Below are positions 26,631 through 40,996 of a stretch of DNA of 64,000 bases, in pieces. This stretch comes from Octopus sinensis. Lineage: Eukaryota. How positions within the stretch are numbered: position 1 is the first letter of the stretch; each line of letters begins with the position of its first letter. The position numbers and the translations under genes are program-made. The notes beneath the pieces are model-generated. The model made no database searches and was not told where the DNA came from. It worked only from the letters and a program-made list of their open reading frames with translations. The stretch lies in the NCBI RefSeq assembly GCF_006345805.1, contig NC_043007.1, positions 34,534,001 through 34,598,000 of the forward strand, read 5' to 3'.

Positions 26631-27277
26631 ATTTCTAAATATCTTACACGTTCTTCCTGTCTTAAGCACCTTTTCTGATTCTTTTACCACCCATTGTTTC
26701 TCTGTATGTCTGTCATTCTCTCTCTCTCTCTCTCTCTCTGTCTTAAACGCGTGTGCGCTTCCATAGACACTCCATCTTCTCACGCCCTTTTATGTGCTCT
26801 CTTCCATGTTTAATATCTTTCTCAAGCTGTTTGCTCTTCCATACATCTTTTCACTCCTTTGTTCTTTCTCTGCTTCTTCCTGTTCTTCTTCCGTTTCCTT
26901 CTTTCAATCTCTATTGCTCCCGCTGTCGCATTCATCCAATTCACATCGCCGATTCACTCTCTTTCTCATTTCAATCTTTCCTTCTCGCTTTCCGTACACT
27001 CACGCACACTCACATACACACGCACACACACTCATACACACGAACATATATTCATATATATGTGTGTTGTATGTGGGTGCGTGTGTATGCATATGTGTGT
27101 GCATATAAATACATATATATATGTATATGTTTCTATATATATGTGTGTGTGTGCATAATTAAGAGAAATAACCTAGAATTGCTAAACTGAATTTTTCCCC
27201 TGTAAGTTTGGAATTATATTCCCTACTATTACACACACACACACGCACATACACACATATACACAGTTGCTCGATCT

Positions 27278-29927
27278 GGTGGTGGTGGTTGTGGGGAGAA
27301 TGGGCCAGTCGATTATATCGACTCCAGTACACAACTAGTACTTAATTTATCGACCCCGAAAGGATGAAAAGCCAAGACGACCCCGAAAGGATGAAAAGCA
27401 AAGTCGACCCCGAAAGGATGAAAAGCCAAGTCGACCCCGAAAGGATGAAAAGCACAGAACGTGAAGACGTACAATATGCCGCTAAGCATTTTGCCCGGCG
27501 TGATAGCGATTCTGCCAGCTCACTGCTCTTAATACGAGAATTAATACGAGAATTAATACTAAAAAACAGTTTTGTAATTGCATCATATGGAAAGTCAAGC
27601 CTTGGGGGCTTTAATAATTTTCTGTACACGTTAATGAGATTTACAGAACCCAATCTCGATTCTCACAAAATGTTTTTACCATTTTTTCTATTCAGTATAC
27701 ATCAATGTTGCTGAAGAATTCTAAGTCCTAATATCGGCTAAGAAAAGCTTACAACTAGTTTTACAGTTCAGCACTGTATTTATCGACCCCGAAAGGATGA
27801 AAGGCAAAGTCGACCTCGACTGAATTTGTGTGTGTGTGTGTGTGTGTGCGTGTGTGTGTGTGCGTGTGTGTGTGTGTGTGCACTGTCTCTCTGTCGGTTC
27901 TAATTATTTGTTAATCCAATAATATTCAATAAGTTTCTTGCGTTTAAAATTAATTTCTAAAACATCCAGAATTCCATAACTTCTCTCTTGATTTTGTAGA
28001 AGCCTGAGTCGTGTTTCAACTTGTCTTTCTCGGAGACTTTTAATCAAAGCCGAAAATATTTTGTATTTTCATTAGACGAAACTAGATCCAATGCTGTCGT
28101 ATTTCTTAGCTTAGTTTTTTTGGGGTTTTTTTTCAGTGCCGGTTAGCCTCGAAAATAATCATTCGCTTACTGGTTGTCAACAGTGAATGCATAATTTGAC
28201 TAATCTGGCATTTCAGATTCAGCAACTGAATTTTTAGATAATGCTGCTTTACACTAAAATTTAGTCAATAATAACATCTGGCTGAAAGTGACCAATTTGT
28301 GCCATTAGCTCACTACCACTTCAATTTTAGATTGATCAGCGGAAGCTAAAAAGGAGAACAGCAAAAGATTGGTGAGTATCATCATCCTCATCATCATCAT
28401 CACCATCGTTTAACGTCCGTTCTCCATGTTAGCATGGGTTGGACGGTTCGACCGGGGATCTGGGAAGCCAGAAGGCTGCACCAGGCTCCGGTCTTATCAG
28501 GCAATGTTTCTACAGCTGGATGCCCTTCCTAACGCCAACCACTCCGTGAGTGTAGTGGGTGCTTTTTACGTGCCACCTGCACTGGTGCCAGGCGAGGCTG
28601 GCATCGGCCACGGTCGGATTGGTGCATTTTACGTGCCACCTGCACGGAAGCCAGTCGAGGCGGCACTGTATGTTTGAAGAAAACACACAACGATATTTTC
28701 ATAATCGTTAGAATGATTTTAATATTTGTCGTTACACAAAGACGGCGAGCTGACAGAATCGTCAGTATGCCGGAAGAAATGCTTAGTGTCATTTCGTCCG
28801 TCTTTTACGTTTTTGGTTTAACTACTGCCGAGTTTAAATACTCCTTTGAGGATCGATAAAACAAGTACCAGTCGAATACTGGGGTCGATATAATCGACTT
28901 ACCTCTTACCCTGAAATTTCTGGCCTTGTACCAAAATCTGAAACCACTATGTCTAGTAACACGATTCAAGAGCTGTTTGCACATCTATCTCAAAAGATTA
29001 GATGTGTTTTTGTGTGACATTTTTTTCTAGGGAACTTTGGATGAAATTTAAGGGAATTTGCATTCAAAGTGAATTTTTTTCACGTAGGAGATACTATGAT
29101 TTAGTGTCTGAATTTGTTTCAAGATTCACTAATTTAAGATGCAAAATTCTTGCAGGCATTCACAATATAAAACTACGTAGTTCATCTAATTTACTACAGT
29201 GATTCACCATTTCTTCTTGGAATAGTAAATTATATTTTCATTTTCTCTCAACACAAGTCTTATAAATATTAAGTAAAGTTCGTTAGTTGTATCTAAGTAC
29301 ATTGTATGCAATTCCCCTGCATAATACTTGTCGCAACTAGAAGATTCCATTTGCCAATGTAATTTTAATGTACCCCACTGGCGAAGAATTCTTTTTACAG
29401 TTTATTTCTCACTAACAATCTTGTGGCTGGAAGCGAAATCATTTTCAATGGTTCCTCGCCAGCGTTCATTAATTTGTATATTTCCATACAGTGCAGAACT
29501 GTAAAACTAGTTGTAAGCTTCTCTTAGCCGATATTAGGTCTTAGAAGGTAATTCTTCAGCAACATTGATGTATACTGAATAGAAAAAAAATGGTAAAAAC
29601 ATTTTGTGAGAATCAAGATTGGGTTCTGCAAATCTCATTAACGTATACAGAGAATTATTAAAGCCCCAAAGGCTTGAATTTCCATATGATGCAATAACAA
29701 AACTGTTTTCTAGTATTAATTCTCATATTAAGAGCGGTGAGCTGGCAGAATCGCTATCATGCCGGGCAAAATGCTTAGCGGCATATTGCACGTCTTCACG
29801 TTCTGAGTTCAAATTCAGTCGAGGTCGACTTTGCCTTTCATCCTTTCGGAGTTGATAAATTAAGTACTAGTTGTGTACTGGAGTCGATATAATCGACTGT
29901 TCCATTCTCCCACCACCACCACCACCA
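27278..29927. repeat. Inverted duplication of ~450-500 bp (SINE B plus unique flank)
   Basis: 27278-27779 is the reverse complement of ~29486-29927. Confidence 0.9.
28378..28668 (-). mobile_element. SINE/LINE 3' end with (GAT)n tail, probably RTE-related
   Basis: catcatcgtttaacgtccg...ctggatgcccttcctaacgccaacc; class assigned from recollection. Confidence 0.5.
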
Positions 29928-30406
29928 AATTTGAGGCCTTGTACCTATAATAGAAAAGAATCGTTAGCACACCAGCAGAATTCTGAGTGCCATTCCATCC
30001 GTCTTTACGTTCTGAGTTGAAATTCCATCGTGGTCGACTTTGCATTTCATACTTTCAATGTTGATAAAATAAGTACAACTTGAATTCTGGGGTTGATGTA
30101 ATCGACTTACCCCACCCACCAAACTTGTGCCGAAATCTGACACCAATGTTAATTCCCACATGAAAAGCAATGGATTTGTCAGAATCATGAATGCGTCGGT
30201 AGAAATGCTTCGACTTATTCGTTCCAAACCATTACACTTTGAGTTCAAACCCGTCGTGCTCACTTTTTGGCTTTCACTCGTCAAGGATCGAGAAAATAAA
30301 GCACTACTCCAGTACTGGAGTTGATTTAATCTATCAACTTCTCTTCACAAATTTCTAGCTCTGTGCCTATCTTAAAAATTTATAACGAAGGAATTATAAA
30401 TATATA

Positions 30407-30803
30407 GGCGCAGGAGTGACTATGTGGTAAGTAGCTTGCTTATGAACCACATGGTTCCGAGTTCAGTCCCACTGTGTGGCACCTTGGGCAAGTGTCTTCT
30501 AATATAGCTTCGAGCCGACCAAAGCCTTGTGGGTGGATTTGGTAGACGGAAACTGAAAGAAGCCTGTCGTATATATGTTTATGTATATATATATGTGTGT
30601 GTGTGTGTGTTTGTCCCTCCCAACATCGCTTGACAACCGATGCTGGTGTTTTTACGTCCCCATAACTTAGCGGTTCGACAAAAGAGACCGATAGAATAAG
30701 TACGAGGCTTACAAAGAATAAGTCCTAGGGTCGATTTGCTCGACTAAAGGCGGTGCTCCAGCATGGCCGCAGTCAAATGACTGAAACAAGTAAAAGAATA
30801 AAA
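30407..30803 (+). mobile_element. SINE family A, full length
   Basis: Head ggcgcaggagtgactatgtggtaagtagc through tail gaaacaagtaaaaga. Confidence 0.9.
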
Positions 30804-32319
30804 GGATTAGTAGCTTCCTCAAAGCACCCAATAAAATACATTTATATTCTAAGACCAAACGCCACCGATGTTATAATTTTTTTACCTCCTGACCACCTGG
30901 TACCTTCCTCATTTCTCTGTCACTCCGACATGTAATATTCAGCTGCTCACTTTTTCAAAATTTGAGGCTTTGTGCCTTTGTAAGGAAAGCCTATTAATTT
31001 CACAACTTGATACAACCAGCAGTAGTTTTTATAACAGAATATAACTAAAGATATTCTTCTGTATTTTATTATATTTATCATACACTCACGCAGATGCTTT
31101 TCACAATTATCGCCCAACAGCAAAGAAAACCGATTATTAAATAAGATTTCAATTTGTTCTTTCAGTAAAGAAAAAGCAACAGTATTCTGTTTCCTTTTTT
31201 TATAAGTGTCATCCATTTTGTTCTATGTGGTTTCAAATTAGATGTAATTAATGCTGAAGAATTCCCTTTTATTAATAAGTTTTCCGAAATGATTAATGCT
31301 ATGAATACTTACATGGTAGCTCCAAATATCGCTAACTGTAATTCTCTAAGAATCGTTTAACTTCGTAAAATGTTTAATTTAGTGTAATGTATTTGCCTCG
31401 GCTTATGCTGTACTGTCGATTTCAAAAAAGGAAGAAATGGCACTATACATGGCTATCAACGACGGGAAGCTTTATAATGTGTAGGAAAAAGAAATATCGG
31501 TTTCAAATTTGAACTTAAGGGACGCAATTTCAAGAAGGGGGTAAATCGATTACATCTACTGGTACTTATTTTATAGAACCCAAAAGGATGAAAGGCAAAG
31601 TTGCTTTCGGCGGAATTTGAACTCAAAAGGTAATGACTGACAAAATGCCGCTAAGAATTTTGTCCGATGTGCTAACTATCTTCTTTCCTCTTATATTTAA
31701 AATTCAAACATTGAAACTTGACACAACTTAATTTAATATAGAAGGGATTGTCTCCCCTATAACAGGTGACCACCAAGAATACACAGCTTGAATGAAGTTC
31801 TAATCTTGTTATTTGGCTATTGAAACAACTATGATAGTTTGTTGAGAACTCGAGTTGATTTCAGTGCTATTTTCGTATGTTTAATTGAATAAAAAATGCT
31901 TTGTTGAATCGGTTTTTGTTTGTTCGTATTTCAAAATTGCAAGGTTTACACTTTTTTTGTTATCGCATTTCATTTCTCACACCCAATTTGAAAAATTGTA
32001 AATCCATTAACCAGAATTTTTGGAAATGTTTTATCGTATATCTTATCACGTGCTCGTGATAAGATTGGAATGATCGAGATTTATTTCAAAAGTACTTAGT
32101 TTGTTCAAACTTCTCTTTCGTGACTGAATATTATTAACTACAACATCTTATTCACTTTATTATACCGGAAAGTCTCTACATAGTCTCTCGACATGCTAGA
32201 AATAATAATCTCAATCCATACTTGTCATCTTAAGAGAATAACAGTAATAAAAATTAGATTACTTCACTATATTTATGATAGTGTTAACGTTAGAATAATT
32301 ATTAATAAACCCTTGACAT

Positions 32320-32644
32320 GTGGAGGTGCAATGGCGCAGTGGTTAGGGCAGCGGACTCGCAGTCGGAGGATCGCGGTTTCGATTCCCAGGCCGGGAGTTG
32401 TGTGTGTTTATTGAGCGAAAACACCTAAAGCTCCACGAGGTTCCAGCAGGTGGTGGTGGTGGTGGTGGTGACCCCTGTTGTACTCTTTCGCCCCAACTTT
32501 CTCTCACTCTTTCTTCTTGTTTCTTGAGTAACGTTGCGATTGAATGGCGTCCCGTCCAGCTGGGAGGAGTACATACGCCACAGAAACCGAGAAACTGGGC
32601 CCATGAGCTTGACTAGGCTTGAAAAATGCGCATAAATAAAATAA
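32320..32644 (+). mobile_element. SINE family C with TSD
   Basis: cccttgacat flanks both ends (32310 and 32647). Confidence 0.85.
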
Positions 32645-33087
32645 AGCCCTTGACATACTCATACTAACACAGACAAAGAGTACTCCTATCAGCAACCGTT
32701 TGCTAAACAATGTGACCATCATTGTCTTCTCAACGTATCACAATCTTGGATAAATTATTCTCTAGCATTCGCGAACCTAGTTACAATATACTAATTACTA
32801 ATAACTATCAGAATATTTCGTTTGAAATTAGTTTTAAGCAATATTGAAATATTATATTGAATTTGTGAAGAAAATATTCTAAAACATTAACGTGCCCATG
32901 GAATGATTGCATGAACGATCTTATCAGAACTTGTAATATAATTAGTAATGCTGCGACAGCTATTGTATGATGCAATCAGCAATAAACAATCAACAATTAA
33001 ATAAATATCAATGGAAAGTATAAGTTAGCGGAATCTTGCTTTACTTGCTCTTTTCAATTTACTTATGGAAACTCTTATGGACTACAA

Positions 33088-33479
33088 TACTCTTTTACTC
33101 TTTTACTTGTTTCAGTCATTTGACTGTGGCCATGCTGGAGCACCGCCTTTAGTCGAGCAAACCGACCCCAGGACTTATTCTTTTGTAAGCCTAGTACTTA
33201 TTCTATCGGTCTCTTTTTGCCGAACCGCTGATTTACGGGGGACGTAAACACAACAGCATCGGTTGTCAAGCGATGTTGGGGGGACAAACACAGACACACA
33301 AACATACACACACACACATATATATATATATGCGACGAGCTTCTTTCAGTTTCCGTCTACCAAATCCACTCACAAGGCTTTTATTAGCCCGAGGCTACAG
33401 TAGAAGACACTTTCCCAAAGTGCCACGCAATGGGACTGAACCCAGGGTCATGTGGTTGAGAAACAAGCTTCTTACCACA
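33088..33479 (-). mobile_element. SINE family A
   Basis: Family similarity. Confidence 0.85.
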
Positions 33480-34352
33480 TATATATCACAAATAAAATAG
33501 AAAGGTAGCTTGGAATTCTTTTAAAATAAGCCCCCAAAAGTAGTTAATACTGCAAATTTCTGAAAAAGTTGCTTCTTGAAAAGTTGCTTCATATACTACT
33601 TGTACAGCAGTCTGGCAATACTCTTCTCAAAACTTACATTTTCCATAATTTTCTCCTCTCACCACCATATGCAAATATTTTTCCTCTTGTATTTTATTCT
33701 TAATAAATATTTCTTCTGCTATATTCCCATCAACCGTTATCATTGTCGATATCTGAAGAGACTGCCAATTCCTTTGTAAATTTGTCCAAGTTTAATTAAC
33801 GTGCCAAATCATCTTGTTCACATTCCAGATAGTAAAAAAGTGAGATTTTACTATTAATCTCTGTTCACAAGAAATATTTCACTATAATTGCTATCATAGC
33901 TTGGGTTATATCAGTTCTGCACATCTTCCTTTAGTCTTTAAAAAACGATAAATATTATTGATACATCTAAAAAAAGAAAAAAACCGTAAGAAAAACTATC
34001 TTCAAACAAGCGTAATCTGTTAATCTTTATGGTATATAAATCAGTGTTTACTGTAAAATATCTTTAGTTTTAAACGAAATCTGCCGTCTTTGATAACAGA
34101 CTCCACTTCCACCGAAGTGGAAAATTCGTTTTGACACGTTAACAGTGAATCAGTGCGTAGTATGTTTTCTAGAATATCCGCCGATCAAGGTTGACCATTC
34201 ATTTGCAGATATACATTTGCAGGTCTAGGCTAGTTTTATTTTTTAAAAAAAAGGAAGACTATCGGTTGCCCTAGTACTTATTCCGATAGAACAAGTACTA
34301 GGCTTCCAAGAATAAGCCGACTAAAGGCGGTGCTCTGAAACAAGTAATAAAA

Positions 34353-34386
<34 letters not shown>

Positions 34387-34814
34387 GAAATATGTTTCAA
34401 AAATAAAATAGAAACTACACATGGAAAAGATATGGGGAAAGTAAGAAGGAAAAAGCGAAAATGCACATTGAATATAAAAAAAATAATGGCTTTTTTTATG
34501 AAAAGTAGCGATAAATAAATACAATTAGATAAACTGAGGTAGAATTAAGAGGAGTTAAATTCATTATTTGGAATTGTTAAAGAGATTCAAAGTCAAACCG
34601 GTGTCGTCATTGCTGTTCACTGGCTTTGAATACGTACCAATTATCAAACGGTGTCGGGTCTACTAGTCCCTGAGTTAAAATATTGCGTAAAGGAGGTTAG
34701 TAGTTTTGGACGTGGTGCAATTAGGGCCGATATAATACTGTAATATGAATGGTATAAGGAATTTATGGATGTTAGTGGCATTATTGGTAAGGTTAGTAGT
34801 GTTCTGTTTTATGT

Positions 34815-35060
34815 TGTGTTCATGTTAAGTTGTGGATGATATTTATTGATGAAAGTTGCTTATTTATTCATTCTTTGTTGTACTGAAGTGTTCTGTGAAC
34901 ATTGATAGAAGGGGAAAATTAGAAAATTATGATTAAGGTTCCGAGCACACCTATCTATGTATTCACTGACCTGTATCTGTCTATTGTGGGAGGCGGATTT
35001 GTTCTTTGTGAAGAGTGGTTCTTCGACGGAGTGATATTCCCGTTTGGCCCAATATATTGT
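34815..35060 (-). pseudogene. Penelope-like GIY-YIG endonuclease C-terminal remnant
   Basis: With frameshifts: YIGQTGISLRRRTTLHKEQIR...FINKYHPQLN. Confidence 0.65.
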
Positions 35061-35085
35061 TTATTACGATAAGTATAATGTAAAT

Positions 35086-35382
35086 TGGAGGAGCAATGGC
35101 CCAGTGGTTAGGGCAGCGGAATCGCGGTTTCGATTCCCAGACCGGACGTTGTGTGTGTGCTTATTGAGCGAAAACATCTAAAGCTGCACGTGGCTCCGGC
35201 AGGGGGTGGTGGTGACCCCTATTGTACTCTTTCGCCGCAAATTTCTCTCACTCTTTCTCCCTGTTTCTTGAGTAATGCTGCGATGGACTGGCGTCCCGTC
35301 CAGCTGGAGGGACATACGCCATAGAAACCAGGAAAGCGGGCCCATGAGCCTGGCTAGGCTTGAAAAGCATAAATAAATAAAA
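35086..35382 (+). mobile_element. SINE family C
   Basis: Family similarity. Confidence 0.85.
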
Positions 35383-35709
35383 ATAATGTAAATTATATTG
35401 CCAGTCTCACTGTGGGAAGAAGAAGAAGACGAAGAAGAAGAAGTCGACGATAACAGGCTATAATAATAGTGGAAAATATGTATTCACAACTAACAAGAGA
35501 GAGAAAAAAGAGAAAGGAAGATAAACAGAAAAAAAAAGAAGAAGAAGAGAAAGAGTCAAAATGTTACACAGGCACACGTACACTTACAAATACTTATTTG
35601 CAGGTAAGTAGGAATTCACAGAAATATTTTATACGCCGAAATTTGAATTTTAAAATTTGGTGTCGCTAAAGAGTTAGAAAGAATTATAGACAATTTTTGT
35701 TAATATCAG

Positions 35710-35755
<46 letters not shown>

Positions 35756-35759
<4 letters not shown>

Positions 35760-36555
35760 CTCCATCCACAACAAACACACCGACTCACAATCATACTCAA
35801 CTTCTCCTCCCACCCTACCCACACCAAGCTCTTCGTCCCTTACTCCCAATTCCTCCGTCTGCGCAGGCTCTGCAGTGACAACCATGACTTTGAGACTCAG
35901 ACTCAACTCATGGCTCACCACTTAATCCTTCATGGATATCCCCCACCACTATCCACACAGCCCTTGCGAGATCACGTTCCGTGGACCGTGCCTCTGCTCC
36001 CGCCCACGCTGCGCATTTGCCCCTACCTTTCCAACACCACCATCCTCACAGGTAGCCATTATCGTCCCTATCATATCACCGACTCCTTTACCTGCACTTC
36101 TAGCAACGTCATTTACTGCATCTCCTGCTCTTTCTGCCCTTTTCTGTACATCAGTCAAACGGGACACCGAATGGCTGACCGGTTCGCAGAACCCCTCAGA
36201 GACATTAGACTTGGCAATGACGCCCGGGTCTCGCACCATTTCCGGTCATTCGCTAAAACACCTGTCTGTGTTCCGATTGTCTTTACACGAGGGCCATCCA
36301 GACTTCTGCCTTCGATGTGAACAAGAATTAATCTTCTCTCTTCGCTCCTTTACGCCACACGGGCTCAACTCCTCTCCTGTCTTCATCTGCCACCTACTTC
36401 TTCTCTTCGCTCCTTCCCACCTCTCCTCTCTACCTCTGACACCTACTTCCTCTCTTCATTCCTACCCATTTTCTCTCTTCATTGATGCCCCGCCACCCAC
36501 ACACCCCACGTCAACATCCTACACCCGCTTTCACACACCTAGATCCCCACATCCC
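35756..36555 (+). pseudogene. Penelope-like element (RT C-terminus plus GIY-YIG), frameshifted
   Basis: PYSQFLRLRRLCS; FTCTSSNVIYCISCSFC..LYISQTG; EQELIFSLRSFTPHGLN. Confidence 0.85.
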
Positions 36556-37639
36556 AACGTCTACCAAATCCACTCAGAGGGCTTTGGTTGGCTCGAGGTT
36601 ATATTAGAAGACAGTTGCCCAAAGTCCCACGTTGTAGGACTGAACCCAGAACTATGTAGTTGGAAACCAACCTCATCAGATAGCCAATCCTGTGTGTGTG
36701 TGTGTGTGTGTGTGCACGCATGTGTATGCGTGTGTACATACAGAGGCGAGCACACACACACACATATGTACATATAGTAAATATATATACACATATACAT
36801 ACACAATGTGTTACATAAATGTATTTATATATACATATGTGCACCCACATACACATATAAGTATGTATATATGTGTGTTCGCGTATATGTTTGCATATGC
36901 ATATATTTACACGTATATATATATACAAACACTCACACATAATTTGCTGAGTCATTCATAACTCACATCTAAAGAACCATTTAAAGTTCAAGTAAAAAAT
37001 TTAATACGTTTAACCTTTAAATGTTCGACTTTTGAATATTAAAATATAAAGTAAAATATTCGATTATTTTAATTTATCTTTATCTATTTATTTTCTTTAT
37101 TATTATTATTATTATTTATATTGGCTTCTGTTTATACTTTAGTTACGTAAATAATATGAAATATAAAAGCAAGTATTAGTTGTAGATTACGTTAGTTCTG
37201 AATCGGTAGTACAGTGATGAAAGACAATCCAGCCGTGACTATCCTTTTTTATTTAAAAAAAATTCAAATTATCTAAAACTAAATACAATACACCTTTTTT
37301 TTTTTAAAAAAAAGATAGGATTTTGATTTTAGGGAAACATAATTACTATTCTTTATTTGTGACAGCTTAAAAGCTCCTTCGTTACCTTATTGGCAAGAGA
37401 TTAATCTGATTGGGTTACATCGTAACCTGATTTCCTACTCTCTAAGTTCAAACCCCATTGCTTCCATAAATTTTGCTTAACTAAAATTTTTTGGGAATAT
37501 TTGGACACACGAACTAAGAATTGGATAAATTGTTTCCTTTTTATTCTATAAAATAATTGGAATCCGAAGTGTTGCTACTCTTTAGTGCTGTATTAGTATT
37601 GACAAAACAATCGTTTTAATCCAAGGCATTACCGACATA

Positions 37640-38620
37640 TATATTGGTTTCAAATTCTGGCACTAGGCCAGCAATTTTGGGGAAGGGGTTCAGTCGATTA
37701 TATCGACCCCAGTGTTCAACTGGTACTTATATCGACCCAGAAAGGATGAAAGGCGAACTTGGTCGCGGCGGAATTTGAACTTCACGTTCTGAGATCAAAT
37801 TTCGTAGAGGTCGACTTTGCCTAACATCCTTTCGGGATGGATAAAATAAGTACCATTTGAGCACTAGGGTCGATGTAACCGACAAGCCCCAACCAAAGAT
37901 TTCTGGCCTTGTACCTACTGTATAGAGAATTATTCATAATATTATTAAGGCAGCGTCAAAGCGGTGAGCTGGCAGAAACGTTAGCACGCCGGACAAAATG
38001 TTGAACGGCATTTTGTCTGGCTGTTTACGCTCTGAGTTCAAATTTCGCTGAGGTCGACTTTGCCTTTCATCCACCAAGGGTCGATAAAATAGGTATCAAT
38101 CCATACCGGGTCGATATAATCGACATGCCCCATCCCTTAGAAAATTGCTAGTCAAGTGTCAAATTTAGAAAGAACTATAAAAGTGGCGTGCTGGCAGAAT
38201 CATTAGCGGTATTTCGTCTGAGTTCAAATTCCGCCGAGGTCGACCTCTCTGTGTTTATCCCCTTTTGGAAAGAAATAGAAATAGGTATTTCGTCTACCGT
38301 TACGTTCTGAGTTCAAATTCCGCCGATGTCGACTTAGCGTTTCATCCTTTCGGGGTCGATTAAATAAGTACCAGTTACGCACTGGAATCGATGTAAACGA
38401 CTTAATCCCTTTGTCTGTCCCCTCTATGTTTAGCCCCTTGTGGGCAATAAAAAAAATAAGAATCATTAGCTTGTCGGACAAAATATTAAGCAGCGTAAAT
38501 TCCGCAAATATCGACCTTGACCTTCATCCTTTCGGAATCGATAAAATAAGCACCAGTCAAGTACAGAAGTTGATGTAATCGATATGCCACACTCTTCCTA
38601 AATTTACTGGTCTGCTGCCA
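37640..38620. mobile_element. Cluster of SINE B copies and fragments, mostly + strand
   Basis: Repeated cores and tails. Confidence 0.8.
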
Positions 38621-38851
38621 AACACTAAAAGAAAAATGGCATAAGTTATGTTGAGGCGGTGATCTAGCAGAATCGTTAATGACGACCGAGTAGTGAAACG
38701 TTAGAATCGTTAATCATGGACGTAAGAAATCATTACCCGGACCTTGTAACGTAATTAGTGATGTATTTTTCTTTGGTTGTTCACAGTGTGAGGTAGGTTG
38801 TGCGTGTAAATATTGGCCACACTAAAGTTTAATTGATTTTTAAATATTACT

Positions 38852-39229
38852 ATTTTACTTGTTTTAGTCATTTGACTGCGGCCATGCTGGATCACCGCCT
38901 TTAATCGAGCAACTCGACCCCGGGACTTATTCTTTTGTAAGCCCAGTACTTATTCTATCCTTTTGCCGAACCGCGATGTAACGGGGACATAAGCACACCA
39001 GCATCGGTTGTCAAGCAATGCTAGGGGACAAACACAGACACACAAACACGCATATATATATATACATATATACGACGGGTTTCTTTCAGTTTCCGTCTAC
39101 CAAATTCACTCACAAGGCTTTGGTCGGCCCGAGGCTATAGTAGAAGACACTTGCCCAAGGTGCCACACAGTGCGACTGAACTCGGAACCGTGTGGTTGGT
39201 AGACAAGCTACTTACCACACAGCCACTTC
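38852..39229 (-). mobile_element. SINE family A
   Basis: Family similarity. Confidence 0.85.
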
Positions 39230-39234
39230 TGTTT

Positions 39235-39880
39235 ATTGTTTTCAAATTTCGGCAAAGGCCAATCATTTCGGAGGGGTTACACCGACGCCAGTGCTACTTG
39301 TCTTATTGATACCCAAATGGATGAAAAGCAAAGTCGATTGGGGCTGAATTTGAACTCGCAACATAAAGACGAATTGCCGCTAACTATTCGGACCGGCGTG
39401 CTAACGATTCTTTTCTTCTCTAAGCACAAGGCCCGAAATTTTTTAGGGAGGGAGCCAGTAGATTAGATCGACCCCAGTACGAAACTGGGGCTTGATTTAT
39501 CGACCCCGAAAGGGTGAAAGGCAAAGTCGACCTCGGCGGAATTTGAACTCAGAACGTAATGACAGACGAAATACCACTAAGCATTTCGCCCGGCGTGCTA
39601 ACGTTTCTACCAGCTCGCCGCCTTAGTAGAAAACAATATTTCTTACTAGGTAATATGAAAGTAAAATAAGGCGGCGAGCTGGCAGAATCGTTAGCACGCG
39701 GGGCAGAATGCTTAGCGACATTTCGCGCGTCTTTACGTTGTGAGTTCAAATTCCGTCGTGGTCGACTGTCATTCATTCTTTCGGGGTCAGTAAAATAAGT
39801 ACCAATTGTGTACTGGAATCGATGTAATCGACTTGCGCCCTTCCTCAAAATTATTGGCCCCGTGTCAAAATTCGAAACAC
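39235..39880. mobile_element. SINE B copies (two on -, one on +, head-to-head)
   Basis: Heads at 39623 (-) and 39670 (+). Confidence 0.8.
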
Positions 39881-40678
39881 TTGTTATGGAAGTGGTGTAA
39901 TCATTGTACATACAGACATGGCTACGAGGATAAAAAGCTTGCTTTGCAACCACGGGGTTTCTGGTTCAGTACCACTGCACGGCACCTTGAGCAAGTAACT
40001 TTTGTTATAACCTGGGTCTGACCGATACCTTTTGAGTGAATTTGGTTGACAGAAGTTTCTACATATTTTCCACAGAGATTAGAGCCGACACTGAAAGTTA
40101 CGACGTTTCGTACGCTAGTTCATTTGTCACGTCGACTCGGCAATTTGCGTCACTATCTATAAACTAATCTGAGAATTTGAATTTAGACGCTAATCAGTTT
40201 TGTCAAGGCTAATGTTACTAATGTCGAAACTACGGTTCAGATCTAAAATTTGTGTTAAAATGCTCTGCATCAGATACCGGATGGAAAAGAATCAAAAGAC
40301 CGCTTAAGGTTAACATCTGCATATACACACACACACCTCATTTTTTCCGTTACGGAGGTTTATATGCCCTAATATCCTTTCTTTTCCTGAAATTTTAGAG
40401 GAGAGCTGAGTCGGTTACATTGACCTCAGTGTTCATCGACTCCGAAAGAATGAAAGGCAAAGTCGAACTCGGCGGAATTTGAACTCAGAACAAAGACAGA
40501 CGAAATGGTGCTAAGCATTTTGTCCGGCGCGTGTTAACTACTTTGCCATCTCAACAATCTTTAAATGTCCTAATATAAGACAATTTTCTATAATGACTAT
40601 ACGGTGAGAGCTCATAATTCTATTGACAAAATTTCCCTAGTCACCGTTGCTCAATTTTATACAGAATCCGTATATACA

Positions 40679-40890
40679 TGACGGAATGCTGAAAAGTTCC
40701 TGGCTTTAAGGGTGTCGTGAAGGAACTGGTAAGAGGCCCAACCTTCCGAGTTCTTTTACAGGGCTTAGAAAAACTGAAGGGCCGCTGCAATAAATGTGTG
40801 AATCTGAGAGGGAAATATGTTGAATAAAATCATTAGCTGAGTATCCTGCATTTTCTCTTATCGAAAGCCAGAAACTTTTCAGCACCTCTC
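40679..40890. mobile_element. Mariner-type MITE
   Basis: TIRs tgctgaaaagttcctggcttt / aaagccagaaacttttcagca. Confidence 0.75.
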
Positions 40891-40965
40891 TCTCTATATA
40901 TATTTATATCTATCTATATATCTATCTATATCTATATATATATATATGCTTTTAATGTAATGGTT

Positions 40966-40996
<31 letters not shown>

